A stretch of DNA of 63,444 nt, the filler included, from Reticulomyxa filosa (taxonomy: Eukaryota; Protista; Foraminifera), in the NCBI GenBank assembly GCA_000512085.1. It is 21 parts of 21 records of this genome, joined end to end, with 100 filler letters (N's around TTAATTAATTAA, not from the genome) between each part and the next. Parts side by side here need not be neighbours in the genome. Positions count along the whole stretch, not along the records: positions 48,143 to 54,141 come from ASPP01014817.1; positions 54,242 to 57,470 come from ASPP01020745.1; positions 57,571 to 60,209 come from ASPP01009535.1; positions 60,310 to 62,105 come from ASPP01014225.1; positions 62,206 to 63,444 come from ASPP01035438.1; 16 more parts are not named here. One strand, written 5' to 3'. Numbering within the stretch: position 1 is the stretch's first letter; each line of letters opens with the position of its first letter. Positions 48,190 through 62,383 of this stretch are shown here, piece by piece. Position numbers and translations under genes: made by a program. The notes below the pieces were generated by a model. The model was given only the letters and a program-made list of their open reading frames with translations. It did not search any database and was not told where the DNA came from.

Positions 48190-51100
48190 GAGGTCAGTGA
48201 TCGTGTCAAAGTGAAGCGACGCAACATTCGAAAAAAACTTGCTGAAAAACTCGTTGACCGAATGAGCAAAGACGAAGCTATTAAGAGAAATATCGTGCAA
48301 CAAGAGGAATTTGTCATGGTAAAATTTTTTTTTAAAAAAAAAAAAAAAAAAAGTTTGTATGGCATTTGATATTATTGATGAATGAACCCATTTGAACTAT
48401 GTGTGTATGTGTGTATGTGTGTGTGTGTGTACATGTGAAATGAAAGAACCACGAAGACGTCGAAAAACTAAACGAAACACGTCGACATCAAGTGGCCTCG
48501 CAATTGGAAAGAAATTTGGAGGAACGCCCCAAGCCAAACGAGCTGCCAGAGACAAGCAGCGGTTTGAACTCCTTGCCCGACAACGAGCCAATCCTTTCCG
48601 ACAAAAAAAGAACGTCGCAAAGGTTGGAAGCCTTTCTAAAACGAAGAATCGACAAAGAGGAAATGGAAACGAGACACATTGTCCCTCAGGGATACTGGAA
48701 GGATCCAGTTTGGTAGGATATTCACATATCATCTTCCTTTTGCATTTGTAACACATTTGTTATCTTTTGTTGTTGTTGTTGTTTTGCTCTGATATGTCAG
48801 GACGAAGCCGTCCGAAAGCGAAGGGTGTCGCTGCGAGTTCAAAAAGACAAGTTCAAAATGAAGTTCAAACAAAGGCCTTCGCAAGGTGATGTTGTCTCAC
48901 GAGGCTTGATCCATCCCGAATACTTTGATACAAAAAAAGTTTGCTTTGTTATTTGTGTCTGCTATCTGCTCGTATACTCTCTTTCTCCCCCTTTTGATCA
49001 AATGCCGACTGATCATTATGTGCCCTTTTTGCCATAGGAGCTGACCGAGTCGCATTACGAAATCACACGCAAAAGACATGAGGCCGAAAGTGCAATTGAA
49101 CAAAGCGGTGTCGTGGCCTTGTCCAATGTAGAAAGTGCTATTCGACGACGAGAAAGCATCGCAAATAAACTCCCCAATCCTTACAAACTACAAATGTCTG
49201 ACAATTCCCCTCGCGACTTGGTTCTTTATCAACCTGGAGCAGTTGTACGGCTATATACTATATACATATGTATATATGTGTATATAATATTTTGTATGCT
49301 ATATTTTATAATTGGTCCCTGCGAATAAGAGCAAGTGAATATTTCAAATGTTTTCAATTTGCATGTGTGATTGTAAAGGAAGAGATGAAATCCGACCCTG
49401 AAGTGAGTTTCACGATGAATATGCCCAATTCACTGTTGCAACAAATGCAACAAGAAAGAGCACAGAATAATCTCATTTTGAACTCAAAGCCCCAACCAAC
49501 CCCTTCTCAGAGCCAATTCAATGACAGACAATTAGTGTCCAGGGGTCACGTGGGTGCTCCAGTTTGGCACCTTTTTTTTCTTGTTTGTTTGAAAAGAATA
49601 AATAAATAAATAATAATTTTATAAAACACACGAAACCAAAGCAAACACAAAACCGACGACTTTCCGTGAGTGAATTGGCAGTGTTCTTCAAAAGTCGTCC
49701 AGAAGTGGCATCGCTGTTCGCCAGGGGGATAATGAAGGCAGGAGTTTTGCAAGGCGACGCAACAGGGTATTGGGAACAGCAATTCCAAGCACAGCGCCAA
49801 GGAGTGCGCAATACATTATCGAACAAATTGGACAAGCGCAAGAGACCTTCGCAATTGGACTTGGAATTGCGTGGAATCGTTCCGCCTGGATATTTCAGAG
49901 ATGTAGTTACAACGATGAGCTCTTTTTATGGCTCTCAAACACTCAATGTTGTATAGTGTGTGCGTTATCTTTTTCTTTTTTTTTTTCCCCCTCCTCTTTC
50001 TCTCTCTCTCTCCAACGTGTTTGTAGTGATTGCTTGTTTGAATGCGGACAACTCAGACACACGACCGCCGTGCGACAGCAGAACGCAACTTGAAGACTTT
50101 CCTACAGCAACAACAAGGGCCTACTGAAAGCGAGGTTGAGTGCCAATAGTTGTATGTGTATATATATACATATATATATATATATTGGTCGGGTCAATGA
50201 AGTTAATACAATATTAACATAACATATATGTTTTATCAGAAAGAAAGCTCACCACAGACCAACTTTGTGATTCGGCCGACACAAGCATTGCTACATTCGG
50301 CAGCACCGGAGATGGACATGGACGTATCGCCTTTGCTCACGACGGAGTACAATTCGCTGCCGGCGCCGTTTCCAATGGCTCCAAGCATTCAAAAGAAGAA
50401 ACCGGTCATTGGTAGTGAAGACGCGGCCGAGCAACAGCAAAAGATAACGTCGCAGGTGATGGCCCCCATGACCTTTGCCTCTGTGGCAATGCAACATCAC
50501 CTGAAGGCGCAACGTGCAGATACCCAACAAGCGGCGTCGGCCAACGAGTCGGATCAAAAGAAAGAAGATCGCACGTATCGCGAATCAAAGACATTGCAGA
50601 TCCCGTCCAAACGAAAGACCAAAAAAAGTTCGATGGCGAGACTCAATTTCGGGTTGGGATTGATCAACGACCTGGAGCACGGGCACGAACAGCACGACGC
50701 GATTCACAACGAGGTCAATGTAAGTGACGATTTGTATTCGTCGCTCATGGGACGTTTGCAGTCGGAAAAGCTTAGCATGGAATTACAAAAAGGGGCGGTC
50801 GCGGTCTCCACTTCCGGACAAACTCCTCAAAACGGAAACAAGTTTGCAAACTTGCTTCAAGAGTACCAAACTTTTCAAAAAGAGTTTGTGTCGTCCATGA
50901 CTATCTTGCAGTTTCGAGTTTTATCCAATTTGAATATTTGATATATGTATATATATATATATATATATATTTTATTTTTATTTATTTATATTTATTTATA
51001 TTTATTTATATTTATTTATATGTGTGTATAGACGGGAAAAGAAAGAACTTCACAGAAAATTAAAAGAAGCCGAAAAAGAAGAAAAAAGTGCCATTGATAT

Positions 51101-52389
51101 ATTGCAACAGATAACAGTAGACCACGCCTCTTTGGAAAATCGAATACGTCCGCAAATGAAACAATTGCTGTATCAACAGACGCGACTAGAACAGAGACTA
51201 AATTACAAGCTGGACCAGCTGTCCCCACAACAGCTCAATGCAATGATGAATGACTTGTCTTACTATCAGAAATATATAAAGGAGCTGAACCAAACGTTGC
51301 AACAAATGAATGTAGTCAGGACCCAGTTTGTAAATTCGATACGAGAATGCATGCAAACTAAAACTTCCATCGAACAGTCCTTGCGTCAAAATCAAGACAG
51401 AATTGAACGCCTGCAGCAACAAACCCAAACTCGAATGGCCCAATTTGTTGGAAGCATTAAGCAATTAATGCCACAACCGCAGGTCACATCTCACTCTATT
51501 TTTCTTATATTATTCATATTTAAAACAAAACAAAAAATTAGACAACACCAAATGGATCTGAGAAAGCATTGTCCGCAAAAAGTGGTGATTCGTTGGTGCA
51601 AGTGTTGAGTGCAGAAGACGAAAAGTTAACACACGACTTTGAACTACTGGCATTCCGATTGTCAACAATCCCCGTCGTCGATTATGTCAATCGGCTAATA
51701 GAAATATGTCAATTGTCTTTCATCTATCAACAAGACAAATTGAAAGATTTCTTTGAGTACTTTGTCCGCTTTTCCATTCAAACTTTTATTGAAATATCGT
51801 TTGCTCATTCTTGCTTTGTAAACAAAAACGAAAAAGTTGAGTCTGCTGTGTTCGACATTACCATAACATCAACCAAATACTGTGCTATGTTATACTTACT
51901 ATCAATACAAACACACATATATATAATATATACATTTATTTATCCATTCAGGCAATTGCAGATCAACTACCTCGAATAGAAACGATAAAGTTTATCGCAG
52001 AATTAACGCCAGGTGATCTCAAAAACAAAGAACCATACGAAAGTAGTTTACGCAAGGAATTAGCAGTGATTCAAGAATACTTGGATTTATTGCCGGATCG
52101 GGACATGGTGGTCAGTCACGTTGCAAGGCATTTGTCTGCTAATGTTATTCACTGCTCCGAGATTGATGCCGCGCAAGACTCACAAATACCAATGCTTGCC
52201 AAACAACGCGTCAAAGAATGGGTCGCCACCATTCTTGGACCCTCTCAGAGTACTACAAAAGGAGAAAAAAACAAAACTAGAACGAGACCACTTTTATATC
52301 ACACAAAAAATAACCCAGACGCTCGTGTGGATTCCACTCAAGCCGCCATCATCGTTTTGAACTATGCATTTGGCGTGTATCCGTTGTAA
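48190..52389 (+). CDS. Large multi-RPEL-repeat (G-actin-binding) protein with coiled coil (5' partial, many exons)
   Basis: LAEKLVDRMSKDEAIKRNIV; LERNLEERPKPNEL; LEAFLKRRIDKEEMETRHIV; FKQRPSQGDVVSRGLI; FFKSRPEVASLFARGIM; KRKRPSQLDLELRGIV. Confidence 0.8.
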
Positions 52390-52964
52390 AAAAAAAAAAA
52401 ATTGTTTCCTCCCTTACTAACTCTTTTTTTGTGTGAAAAAGACATTTTGTTGATGAAAAAAGTTAAATCTTATTCTGGCTTTTTTTTTTCTCCTTTTCAA
52501 TGTGTTTGTATTTTTGTTTGGTTGATTTGTTTGTGAATGTGGGATGGCTTGATGTCAACATTTTGTCACAATGACAGTGGTTTTTTCAATACAAACACAA
52601 ACTTTTGGTTGGAGGTTGTCACTGTTTCTCCAAAGACTTATTTTTTGGTATTCAAACTCGGACATTTTCGATAATCATTTGGCATGCGTATTTTCATTAT
52701 CAAAAACTAGCCAATCAAACTGTTCTAAATAAGCCGTTCATTTAGCTGTGTATTGGACATTGATGGACTGGTGTCCACCATATTTTGAACTTTCATTTTG
52801 AAATTGATTCTGTTCTAAAATAAAGTTTACCAAAACGATTGCTTTATTAGATTCCCAACAACTACAAAAAAAGTGAAATTTTACACAGTTTGGTAGAACT
52901 TTTACAACGACCAAAAAAAGGCGCTCTTAAATAAAAGAATAGGGTATATCTCATCACATAAAGA

Positions 52965-54119
52965 ATGACTGAAAGTAATATTGCTTCCTTCTTCAATAAT
53001 GGAAATCCAAATCAGCCACCGGCATATTCCATGCTGGCAAACAAAAAAAACAACGTGAGTAACCACGCAAGCACACACTTACTAGCAGGCGGGCTTTCTG
53101 CTCTGGTACGCTCACAGTCTCGGAATGTGTATCCTTTTCTAACGTACTGCTTCGTGTATCCGCGAATTCCGGATATTCAACACATGCAACTTGTAGATCA
53201 ACCACTGCCACCAGTCGAAGAATTCGGAATACACCCCGACACAAACGTAATGTCACAAACGATTTGTTGAATTTTTTTTTTAATTGGAAAAACTTGTTTC
53301 AATTAATTGTTGTACCTAACAGAGTGAAGAGGAGGCAATTCAATATGTTACCGCAAAAAGAAGTGAAGAAAGCAAAAGAATAAGCTTGTTAATCCAGCAG
53401 CAAAAGAAAAATCAAGGAAAGCTTTTTTTTTTTAACAAAAAAAAGCTTCATATAACAGCATTAAAAAAAAAAAAACAACAGTGGACAAAATTGAAGCAGA
53501 CGTGAAACCTGATGATGAAAGAGAATTGGAGGTTCTGGAAATAATAAGAATTGAACAGGAAAAAATGAAAAGAGAAAAAGAAGGAGAAAAAGAAGGTGTA
53601 GGAGAAGTGGAAGGAAAAGTGAAAGAAAATGATCGCGTTGGAGATAAAGGATACGAAAATCATTGGGATGAGGTAACATATGAAGATCACAATGACCATG
53701 AAAATGCAATGTCGTTGAACGGATTTCAACCAAATCCCACACAAGCATCCAATGGAAATGAATATAAAAATGACAGTAATGCCAAGAAAATGAATGGTCA
53801 TTTATTTGCGGATATCAACTCCGCCACTCTACTCTCTATGCAACAGCAAAAATCCTTGTCTGATCCCGTGCTACTGAATTGTGATCAGGATGAACAATTG
53901 TCAATATTGCTGCAGTTGGAAGAAGAAAAAGAAAAACTTAAAAAAGAAAAAGCTCAAAAAGAGCTAGAACAAGATCCTCTTTATTCAATGGGCATGCCTG
54001 TGCCAGAACATATATCTTCAAAGGAACAACAACTATTGGGAGATTTTATAGAGAAAACGCAATGTTATCATGTGGAAGCTGCTTATGGAATTTTATTTCA
54101 AGCAGAGTGGAAACTTGAG
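52965..54119 (+). CDS. Hypothetical acidic protein with a UBA-like domain (3' partial)
   Basis: LLGDFIEKTQCYHVEAAYGILFQAEWKLE matches the UBA-like F...T......A...L....W.LE pattern. Confidence 0.55.
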
Positions 54120-54887
54120 GTTTCTCCCCTTTTTTTTTTTTNNNNNNNNNNNNNNNNNNNNNNNNNNNNNNNNNNNNNNNNNNNNTTAATTAATTAANNN
54201 NNNNNNNNNNNNNNNNNNNNNNNNNNNNNNNNNNNNNNNNNATCAAAAATTAAAGAAATCCGTAATTTATTATCTAAAAAAAAAAACAATACAACTTCTA
54301 ACTTATCGCAGGATCAATTATATACAACTTTTGTCGAATTACATCAATTAGATGACTTTGATAAATTAGGACTAAATATAAATGAAGATAACATTGAAGG
54401 AACTACAAAAAATAATGAATGCAGGCAAATGTAAAAATAGAGATTTTAAGAATTTTTTTTAGAGTCTTTTTTTTTACCAACTTTTTTGGAGATTTTAAAA
54501 ATTTTTTAGACTTAATTTTTTTACTAAGTTGTTTGATGAAACGTATACACGTGTATGTATCTGTTTTTCTTAAAAACTTAATATTAACACTTTTGTTTAT
54601 TCACGTTATTTGCATCTTTTTTTTTTTACTAGATGAAAATGTGATTCAACAATTTTTGTATACGTAGAATAAAATAGAGTTTTATTAAAAAAAAAAACTC
54701 TAATTTTACCATTCAAGTGCAAATATTTCAAAGCTTGTTTCAATAACTTTTTTTTGCTGGTACAGAACAATTTTAATGCTTTTTTTTTCTCTTCTTTTAA
54801 GGAATTTGATCAATTGAATCGCAAAGTTGCCAACAACAAAAACAAAACACATCAATTATAAATTCCTCAAATTTTAACCACCAATCT

Positions 54888-55514
54888 TTACCAGTCATTC
54901 CAGGTTATTACTTTATTGACATACCCTTTAGTTTTTTCAATTGCCTTCGCCTTATTATTGGTACACAATGCGTTGAACTGGCTAAGCTTGTTCCTATTGG
55001 CCATTAAAATCCTTAATGTTGGTTTTCCTTCAAACCTTGTTTTATATTCAGATGTTGTTGGTCGGTCATCTTCCACCATAATGCTACCACTACAAGACCA
55101 TACTATATACTCTTCTTTATATTCATAGCTATCTTTGCGATCAATTGCCACTGTATCTTTTTGATTGCCACCTGGTTTTGGCCATGTTGGATATCTTTCA
55201 TAATGCCTTTTCCAAATTTCATCTGCTAATATCTCACGAGCTTTTTCTAGGCGCACATCAGTATTCACCAATTTCAAATAGTTAATTAACGCTTGTTTGT
55301 ATTCTTTCCCTGCTTGAATATTATCTGAGCCTTCATGATATGGCATATTAAATATTCTGTTTAATTTGTATGCCTTAATAGCACCTACAGCGTTTAGAGC
55401 TGCAAGAGTTCCCTCGGGTGCTTCTTTCCACACCTCATAGAGCGTAGGATAGTCTTTTTCAATAACTTCTCTAATGAATCCACAATAGGTAATGTCAGTA
55501 TTTGATTGTGCCAT
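54888..55514 (-). CDS. Intron-less 208-aa orphan protein
   Basis: Clean ORF from ATG 55514 (MAQSNTDITYCGF...VITWNDW*) with a globular amino-acid composition, in AT-rich flanks. Confidence 0.7.
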   Translation of the reverse strand: MAQSNTDITYCGFIREVIEKDYPTLYEVWKEAPEGTLAALNAVGAIKAYKLNRIFNMPYHEGSDNIQAGKEYKQALINYLKLVNTDVRLEKAREILADEIWKRHYERYPTWPKPGGNQKDTVAIDRKDSYEYKEEYIVWSCSGSIMVEDDRPTTSEYKTRFEGKPTLRILMANRNKLSQFNALCTNNKAKAIEKTKGYVNKVITWNDW

Positions 55515-57599
55515 TCGTATTTCAAGAAAAAACAAGAAGAACAAAAATTTTTTTTCTTTTTCTGAGGTTAACCTCTAAATGAAAAACAAACACTTAGTGA
55601 AAAAGTATACATATGTGCATATTTACAAGCCTTGTTGTTTATAAATATTGGATCTATTTTTTTCAATAATTTTTTATGGCCTAATTTTCGATACATTTTA
55701 ATTTATGAAATTTTAAAAACATAACATAATTTTTGTTACTATGTTATTTTAAAAAGATTTTTTATGATGAAAAACAATTACCTTACAAAATATCATTTTA
55801 GATGAAAGGTAAACATTCATACATTCTCAACGTCTCAGAATCATTTATGATTATAAAAAAACTATCTAAAGTTTTAAGGATACAGTAAGACAAGTTTCAT
55901 CAGATTAGTTATTAATTACACAAGTAATAATATTTGATAAAGCGAATTAAAACTAAAACCTTCAAATATATACAAATTAATTAATATTCAGTCATATTGC
56001 AAAAGATAACTTAATGAAAAAATTAGTCCTTCACACATAAACAGTGAATATCGGTGTAGTCATTACTGGGTTTATTCAAAAAAAATATCGAAAGATTTCC
56101 TGATGTAAAAATATTTTTTGGTGGCCACCTTCTTTGTGCTCACATAAATACAGATTGCATTGAATAAAATTTATGTTTAGAAAACTGCATCTTTTTGTGT
56201 GAAAATCGTTCCTTGGCAAACATTATCATTTTTTTTTGCATGCGCTCGGTGTAAAGTCAGATATATTTTGTACTCGAAACAATTGGTACAATTCCCTCGC
56301 TCGTAATTCGAAACACATGCGTCATCTCATTCATATCTTTTTTCACTTTCAAAAACGATCCAATGTGAGCATACAGCAATTCCTACGTTTTTGGTCTTTT
56401 TCTCGTCTTCTTTTTCCTCACTTTCAAGTATCTCTTTCGCTAATTAACACAAAATACGTACAAAAAATAAACAACATGTTTTCATTCTTTTGTTTTGATC
56501 TTGTTTTTAATGCATTATTGAACTAATTGTTTGTTATTTGATGTTTTATTTTTGTTGTAAAAACTTGCTTTTTTTTTGCTTATACATATTGTTGTTCATT
56601 AATCGTTTAATGGCATTTCGTGATAGTACTCCGAAGCAACGCATAAAAAGACATTATCCGCACTTGCAAAATTGAAATTTGTAATATTTGAAAAACTAAA
56701 TATGTTATTTGTTTGATTGACACTACTTTACAAAAAAAATTTACCAACGGAAATAGTTTTTTGATTCTGTATTATGAATTATAATTTATGTATTGTGTAT
56801 TATGAGCAGCGTGTTGTTGGTTATGGCAAATAAAGCGCATACAGAGGAAATACAATTAAAGTCTAACCTTTGCTTCACACGTAAAAAAAATTTTAGTACA
56901 GTTACACGTTGTCAATGCTAATGCATTAAATGCGTTGGAGATTGACGTCGTAAGCTCATTGCTAACGATAGCGTTCAAAAACTGTGGAAATCTAATATTA
57001 ATGCGATATGAATGTATTTTTAAGTTCCGTTATTGTGGAGAATACTATACCTTCAATTGCGAATTGCAATTGACTTATCAAAAAGATTATTTGTGTTAAT
57101 ATAAAATGTCATTAAGCATTTTAACTATCTTTGCATTGACAATTTAAAATCACCAAAATCTCTAAAGTCTCCAAAATGCGAAATATTCAACATCTTATAA
57201 AAGTTTTTTAAATAAAACAGGCTGTTTAATGACGACTGTTGCAAACTAGAAGGCAAATAATGCAATGTAATTGTATGAAATGAACATAACGATAGTGGAA
57301 AGTATTGCCTGTTGGAAAAATTGTCAAAAATTATTTTAAAAAGAGCAATTAAATCACTATTTTACAGTAGATTGCAGAAAAAACTGACATACCTAAATGG
57401 CACTATATGAAGAGAATTGGTTTTCTCCATGAAAAATAAAGATTTAAACTTAATTTTTTTTAAAAAATATNNNNNNNNNNNNNNNNNNNNNNNNNNNNNN
57501 NNNNNNNNNNNNNNTTAATTAATTAANNNNNNNNNNNNNNNNNNNNNNNNNNNNNNNNNNNNNNNNNNNNACATATACATAACAATATACAATGTGAGA

Positions 57600-60159
57600 T
57601 GTGTCTGCTTGTTTGAAGTGAACGCAATGCGGCGTTTGAGAAAGTCCAAAATGCAGAGCCATTCCAACAAAAGAAACAACAATATGATTTGGCAAGTATG
57701 AAAACAGACAGCAGCACACAGACCAGCGACACGCTCCATCACATTCAAGCCGCGCAGCAGCGCACGGCCTTCCAATTGATGGCCGAGACCTTGGGCCGTG
57801 TGGCCGACAATGTCAGTGTGGTGACGAGACGATGGGTGAACGGCCAAATGTCCAACTTTGCATATTTGATGTTTCTGAACACATTGGCTGGACGCTCGTA
57901 CAATGACATTACGCAGTATCCCGTGTTCCCGTGGATCCTGCGCGACTACGAAAGCGAGACCCTCAACCTTAGCAATCCTGCTGTTTATCGCGACTTGAGC
58001 AAGCCCATGGGAGCGCAGACCGAGTCCAGAGCATCAGAGTTTAAAAAAAGGTTTGAAACGTGGGACGACCCTACTGGGAAGATACCACCGTGGCATTACG
58101 GAAGCCATTACTCTTGTGCCGCAATCGTGCTTTATTTTTTAATCCGTTTGGAGCCATTTACAAAGTTTTGTATGAAATGACGATTAATACATACGTGTAC
58201 GTATACATATACGTATGCATGTATGTATACATTATACGTGTATGAACATATTTTTTGTCAATATAAATTGGATAGAATTGCATTGGAATTACAAGACGGC
58301 AAATTTGATCACGCAGATCGCCTGTTCAGTAGCATTCCATACAGCTGGCAGTCAGCATCCGACAGCGGTGGAATGCAAGATGTGAAAGAATTAATCCCCG
58401 AGTTCTTTTATTCATCGCATTTCCTAATGAACATCAACCGCTTCAACTTTCACAAAACTGAAAAAAAAATTGCCATTGACGACGTGCTGCTGCCGTGCTG
58501 GGCATGCGGAGACCCAGAAAGGTTCATTCGATTGCATCGCGAGGCGTTGGAATCACCTTATGTTTCTCAAAACTTGCACCATTGGATCGATTTGATCTTT
58601 GGTTACAAACAACGAGGAGATGCTGCCGTGGAATCGTTGAACGTGTTTTATTACTTGACATACGAAGGCGCCGAAGATTTGGAGGCGATTGAAGATCAAA
58701 CTGAAAAAGAAAGCAAAATTGCACATATTAATAATTTTTGGCCAAGTTTGTGTTTAATTGTTTTGTTAGGTTGTGTGTTGTATGGATATTGTTTGATTTC
58801 GTATTGTTGCTGATAAATAAACCGATCAACAGACACCAAAGCAATTGTTCACGAAACCACATCCCCAACAAAAGATGATGAATCCATTAATCAATATCTA
58901 CACACAACCCGATTTGCTCCAGCCCATAGACTTGCTACGTGCCGAAAATGGAGCCTCAATTTCGTTTCTGAGTGTGCTGTCCGACATGAAGGCGGTATAT
59001 GCGACGGGCAGTGAGCTGCTCATTCCGCCCGAATACAGATACTCGATCAAATGGGGATTTCCGGATCGAAGCTTGCGGATTTTGTTCAGAGGCGAGTTGG
59101 TGACGGTGTTTGAAGACATGGTGTGTGCCGAGGACGGACAAGTGAGTTGCGTCATTGCCTCGGACGATGGTACCACCGTGTTCACAGGTGACTCCACGGG
59201 ATTGATTAACGTATGGCGTCTGAAAACAGAGCTTCGAAAAGATAAACGTCGTCCGCCGCACGCCACAATGGCATTGCGAAGTCGCTTATATGGCCATCGC
59301 GATCAAATCACGTGTTTGGCTCATAGCAAAGACTATCGCATTTTGGCCAGTGGCAGCAAAGATAACAGCGTAATTGTCTGGGACCTCAACACCTTGCAAT
59401 TCATGCATCGACTGGAGGGTCACACGCAAAGTATATCTTGTGTCGCTATTCACAACGTTACCGGTATTCAATACACAACTAAAACTTGTTCAACTATGTG
59501 TCTTTTATAAATGCATGTTTGTATGCATGTGTATACATATTTATGTATACGTTTGTGTTTTTTTTCAAATGAAAAAAAAAATAGGAGATATCTTTGTCGC
59601 AGCTGGACAAGTGATTAGTGCATGGACGATTAATGGGGAATTGTTAGCGTATGTGATTACTGGACAATCAATCCATCACAGCGTGTCGTCTATGTCTGTG
59701 AACAACTTACGTGATTGGCAGCCTAGTCAATATTGTGTGTTGATCACCGGACACAAGGACGGATCTCTTCGATTCTGGTCACTTTCCATCCCCAACGGTC
59801 CCAAAGAAGTATCGGAACAAAAGTCAGCCTCCAATCAATCCAAAAAAGTGACGACTCGGACGACAGTTCCAAGACCAATATAGACCAATTCTTTTCTCCA
59901 AAATTGCCGTCGTATCAAAAGAGAAGGATGACATCCAATTCGAGTTTGGTTAAGCATAACCCTAAACTTACTGCCGACTGCAAAAACACTTCATTGAAAC
60001 AATTGGCGGGGGACACCACGCTTCGCTTTAAATCCATGTGCGTCAAAGCCAAAAAACACAACAAACCAGTCACGCAAATCCATTTGTCGACGCTCACACA
60101 TCAGTTTTTATGGACAAGTGATGCAGAGGGAAAGGTGTTACAATGGGAAATTAGAAAAG
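57600..60159 (+). CDS. BEACH + WD40 protein (LvsA/WDFY3/neurobeachin family), partial
   Basis: [60 protein letters not shown] and [12 protein letters not shown], followed by WD40 repeats. Confidence 0.97.
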
Positions 60160-61158
60160 GTATTTTTATTGTTGTTGTCGAAAGTGCAAAAAAAAAAAAA
60201 AAAAAAAAANNNNNNNNNNNNNNNNNNNNNNNNNNNNNNNNNNNNNNNNNNNNTTAATTAATTAANNNNNNNNNNNNNNNNNNNNNNNNNNNNNNNNNNN
60301 NNNNNNNNNAAAAAAAAAATTTAAATGTTCATTTGAGTACCCCTTTTTTTTAACTCTTCGTTTTAAACGACAAAAAGGATATAAAATTATTTTTTTGTAA
60401 CTTGTGTTTTGGGAAGAAGGGAAAAAAGACAAAGAAATTTTTTTAAAAAAATTTCTTTATCTTTCTTTAGATATTCAAAAAGAAAAATTAGTGAAAACTT
60501 GTTTTCCTTCGTAGAAAATTGAACGCTCTTGTAAGTTGGCACTTGAAATATCAACTTATTTGTAGGTACCGCATCAAAAATGGGAGTGAAAGCATTATTG
60601 TATGTTTTTTTTCTCATTATGATATATGATGCACTAGATAAACTTAGTCACGGAATTACATGTACGGAAAAATGTAAATTTTTATTATTCGCACAATGTA
60701 TTTGAATTAAAAATGGGTTGCACATTTTTTTAAAAATAAAAAAAAGTGTTTAATTTGATATTTTTTATCTCATCGAATCAAAACGGAATTTATTTATTTT
60801 TTTTTCTTCCTGTTTTCGCATGTTACCATCAAAGCTAATTGTCGCACATTTAAAAAAAAAAAAAGGGGGGTCGTTGCAGAAAAGACACAGGCAAGTGTTG
60901 CGGTGTGTACGTGTATGCGTATGAAAGGGGGACCAAGACAAGTTTAATCAAGTAGCAAACTCAGCCCAAATGAACGGACAAATGTCAGTATCAAAGATGA
61001 GTGTAAGTTTTATCCACAAAAGTGTATGAACAAAAAGAGAAACGCAAAAAGTTGAAGCAAAGAAACAAAAGCCACACACACACACGCATACACATTGTTC
61101 ATTATCATCACTTTACCAATGATCGATCGATCAATCAATCACCACCATTTGTCCACTC

Positions 61159-61990
61159 TCACTTAATTTGATAGACTTCATACTCTTTCACAGTGAAGTT
61201 GTACGAGCCTGCCAACAAGGTTTGGTCGGTTGGACAGTTGTAGCTGTTTCCTGCATTCGAATAGCTGCTGTTGGAGCTGTCGCAGCCACTCACAAATAAA
61301 AGTCAAATCCGGAACCTTTTTACACAAACACAAGCCACAAAGATACGCGTAATATAATGTAACAAGTATTTCAAACATGACATGCATGCAATGCACGCAA
61401 GTTATATACGTATACATATAAATATATAAATATATATATATATAAAATACCAAAGACAGGGCCATAGCTACTAGAATGATAAACGGCATTGGAACCAACT
61501 TTGCAAGTCCATTTTTGTGGTTTTTTGTAAGTGGGATTGGTGGAGCGCAGCAAAAAGATGAAAGCCTTTGCGTCCTGTTGATAGGCTCCACCGCTGGCTT
61601 GCCAGGGCAGCACAGTGTAGCCACCAAAGACATTGCCAATAGTGGACTGGACAATGGTGACCGTGGTACCCTTGTTGTCGCATTTGGCGTGGAACTGCGA
61701 GCAGCCAAAGCCGTCTTTGGACGCACGGAACAGCAGTTTCCATCGTTTCTTGCGTTCCTTCTTTGTCACAAACTTGAGCAGTGCCTCCTTCTCTTTCGCC
61801 TTCAAAATGTTGCTGTCAATGGTCAGCTTCTTCGTCACGCCCTTCACCGACACGCTAAAGCCGCCCCAGCCCGACTTGTTCTTCCCACGTATACGCACGG
61901 CGTATACTGTCGAGTCTTTCAAGTTGCGAATGTCGTACGTCCATCCGCCATTTTCCAGTCGATATTTGCTTTTTTGGGATTTGATTACCT
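61159..61990 (-). CDS. FN3 + TLDc domain protein, 3' exons; apparent 1-nt deletion in the last exon near 61291
   Basis: YAVRIRGKNKSGWGGFS (FN3); LLFRASKDGF...FHAKCDNKG.TVTIVQS..GNVFGGYT, YGPVFG and FTVKEYEVY (TLDc). Confidence 0.9.
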
Positions 61991-62383
61991 CTTACGCATG
62001 TATCATTTTTATATATTTATATGTATATACGCATGTATTTTTTATTAAAGTTATTAAAAGTTAAAAAAATTATATAAGTATATATATACTTATATAATTT
62101 TTTTANNNNNNNNNNNNNNNNNNNNNNNNNNNNNNNNNNNNNNNNNNNNTTAATTAATTAANNNNNNNNNNNNNNNNNNNNNNNNNNNNNNNNNNNNNNN
62201 NNNNNTAATACAATTGAATTTGTTTGAGGTCTTGGTCCACGCGTAGGAACTTTTGCTGATCCTGTTGGTTGAGGACGTCGAGCTGTGCTCTTTTTTTCAG
62301 AGTCACTGTTATGTGATTCTATTAGCAAATATTTCAATGCGAAAACAACAGAAGATATCATAAATACTTGATTATTAATTTAA

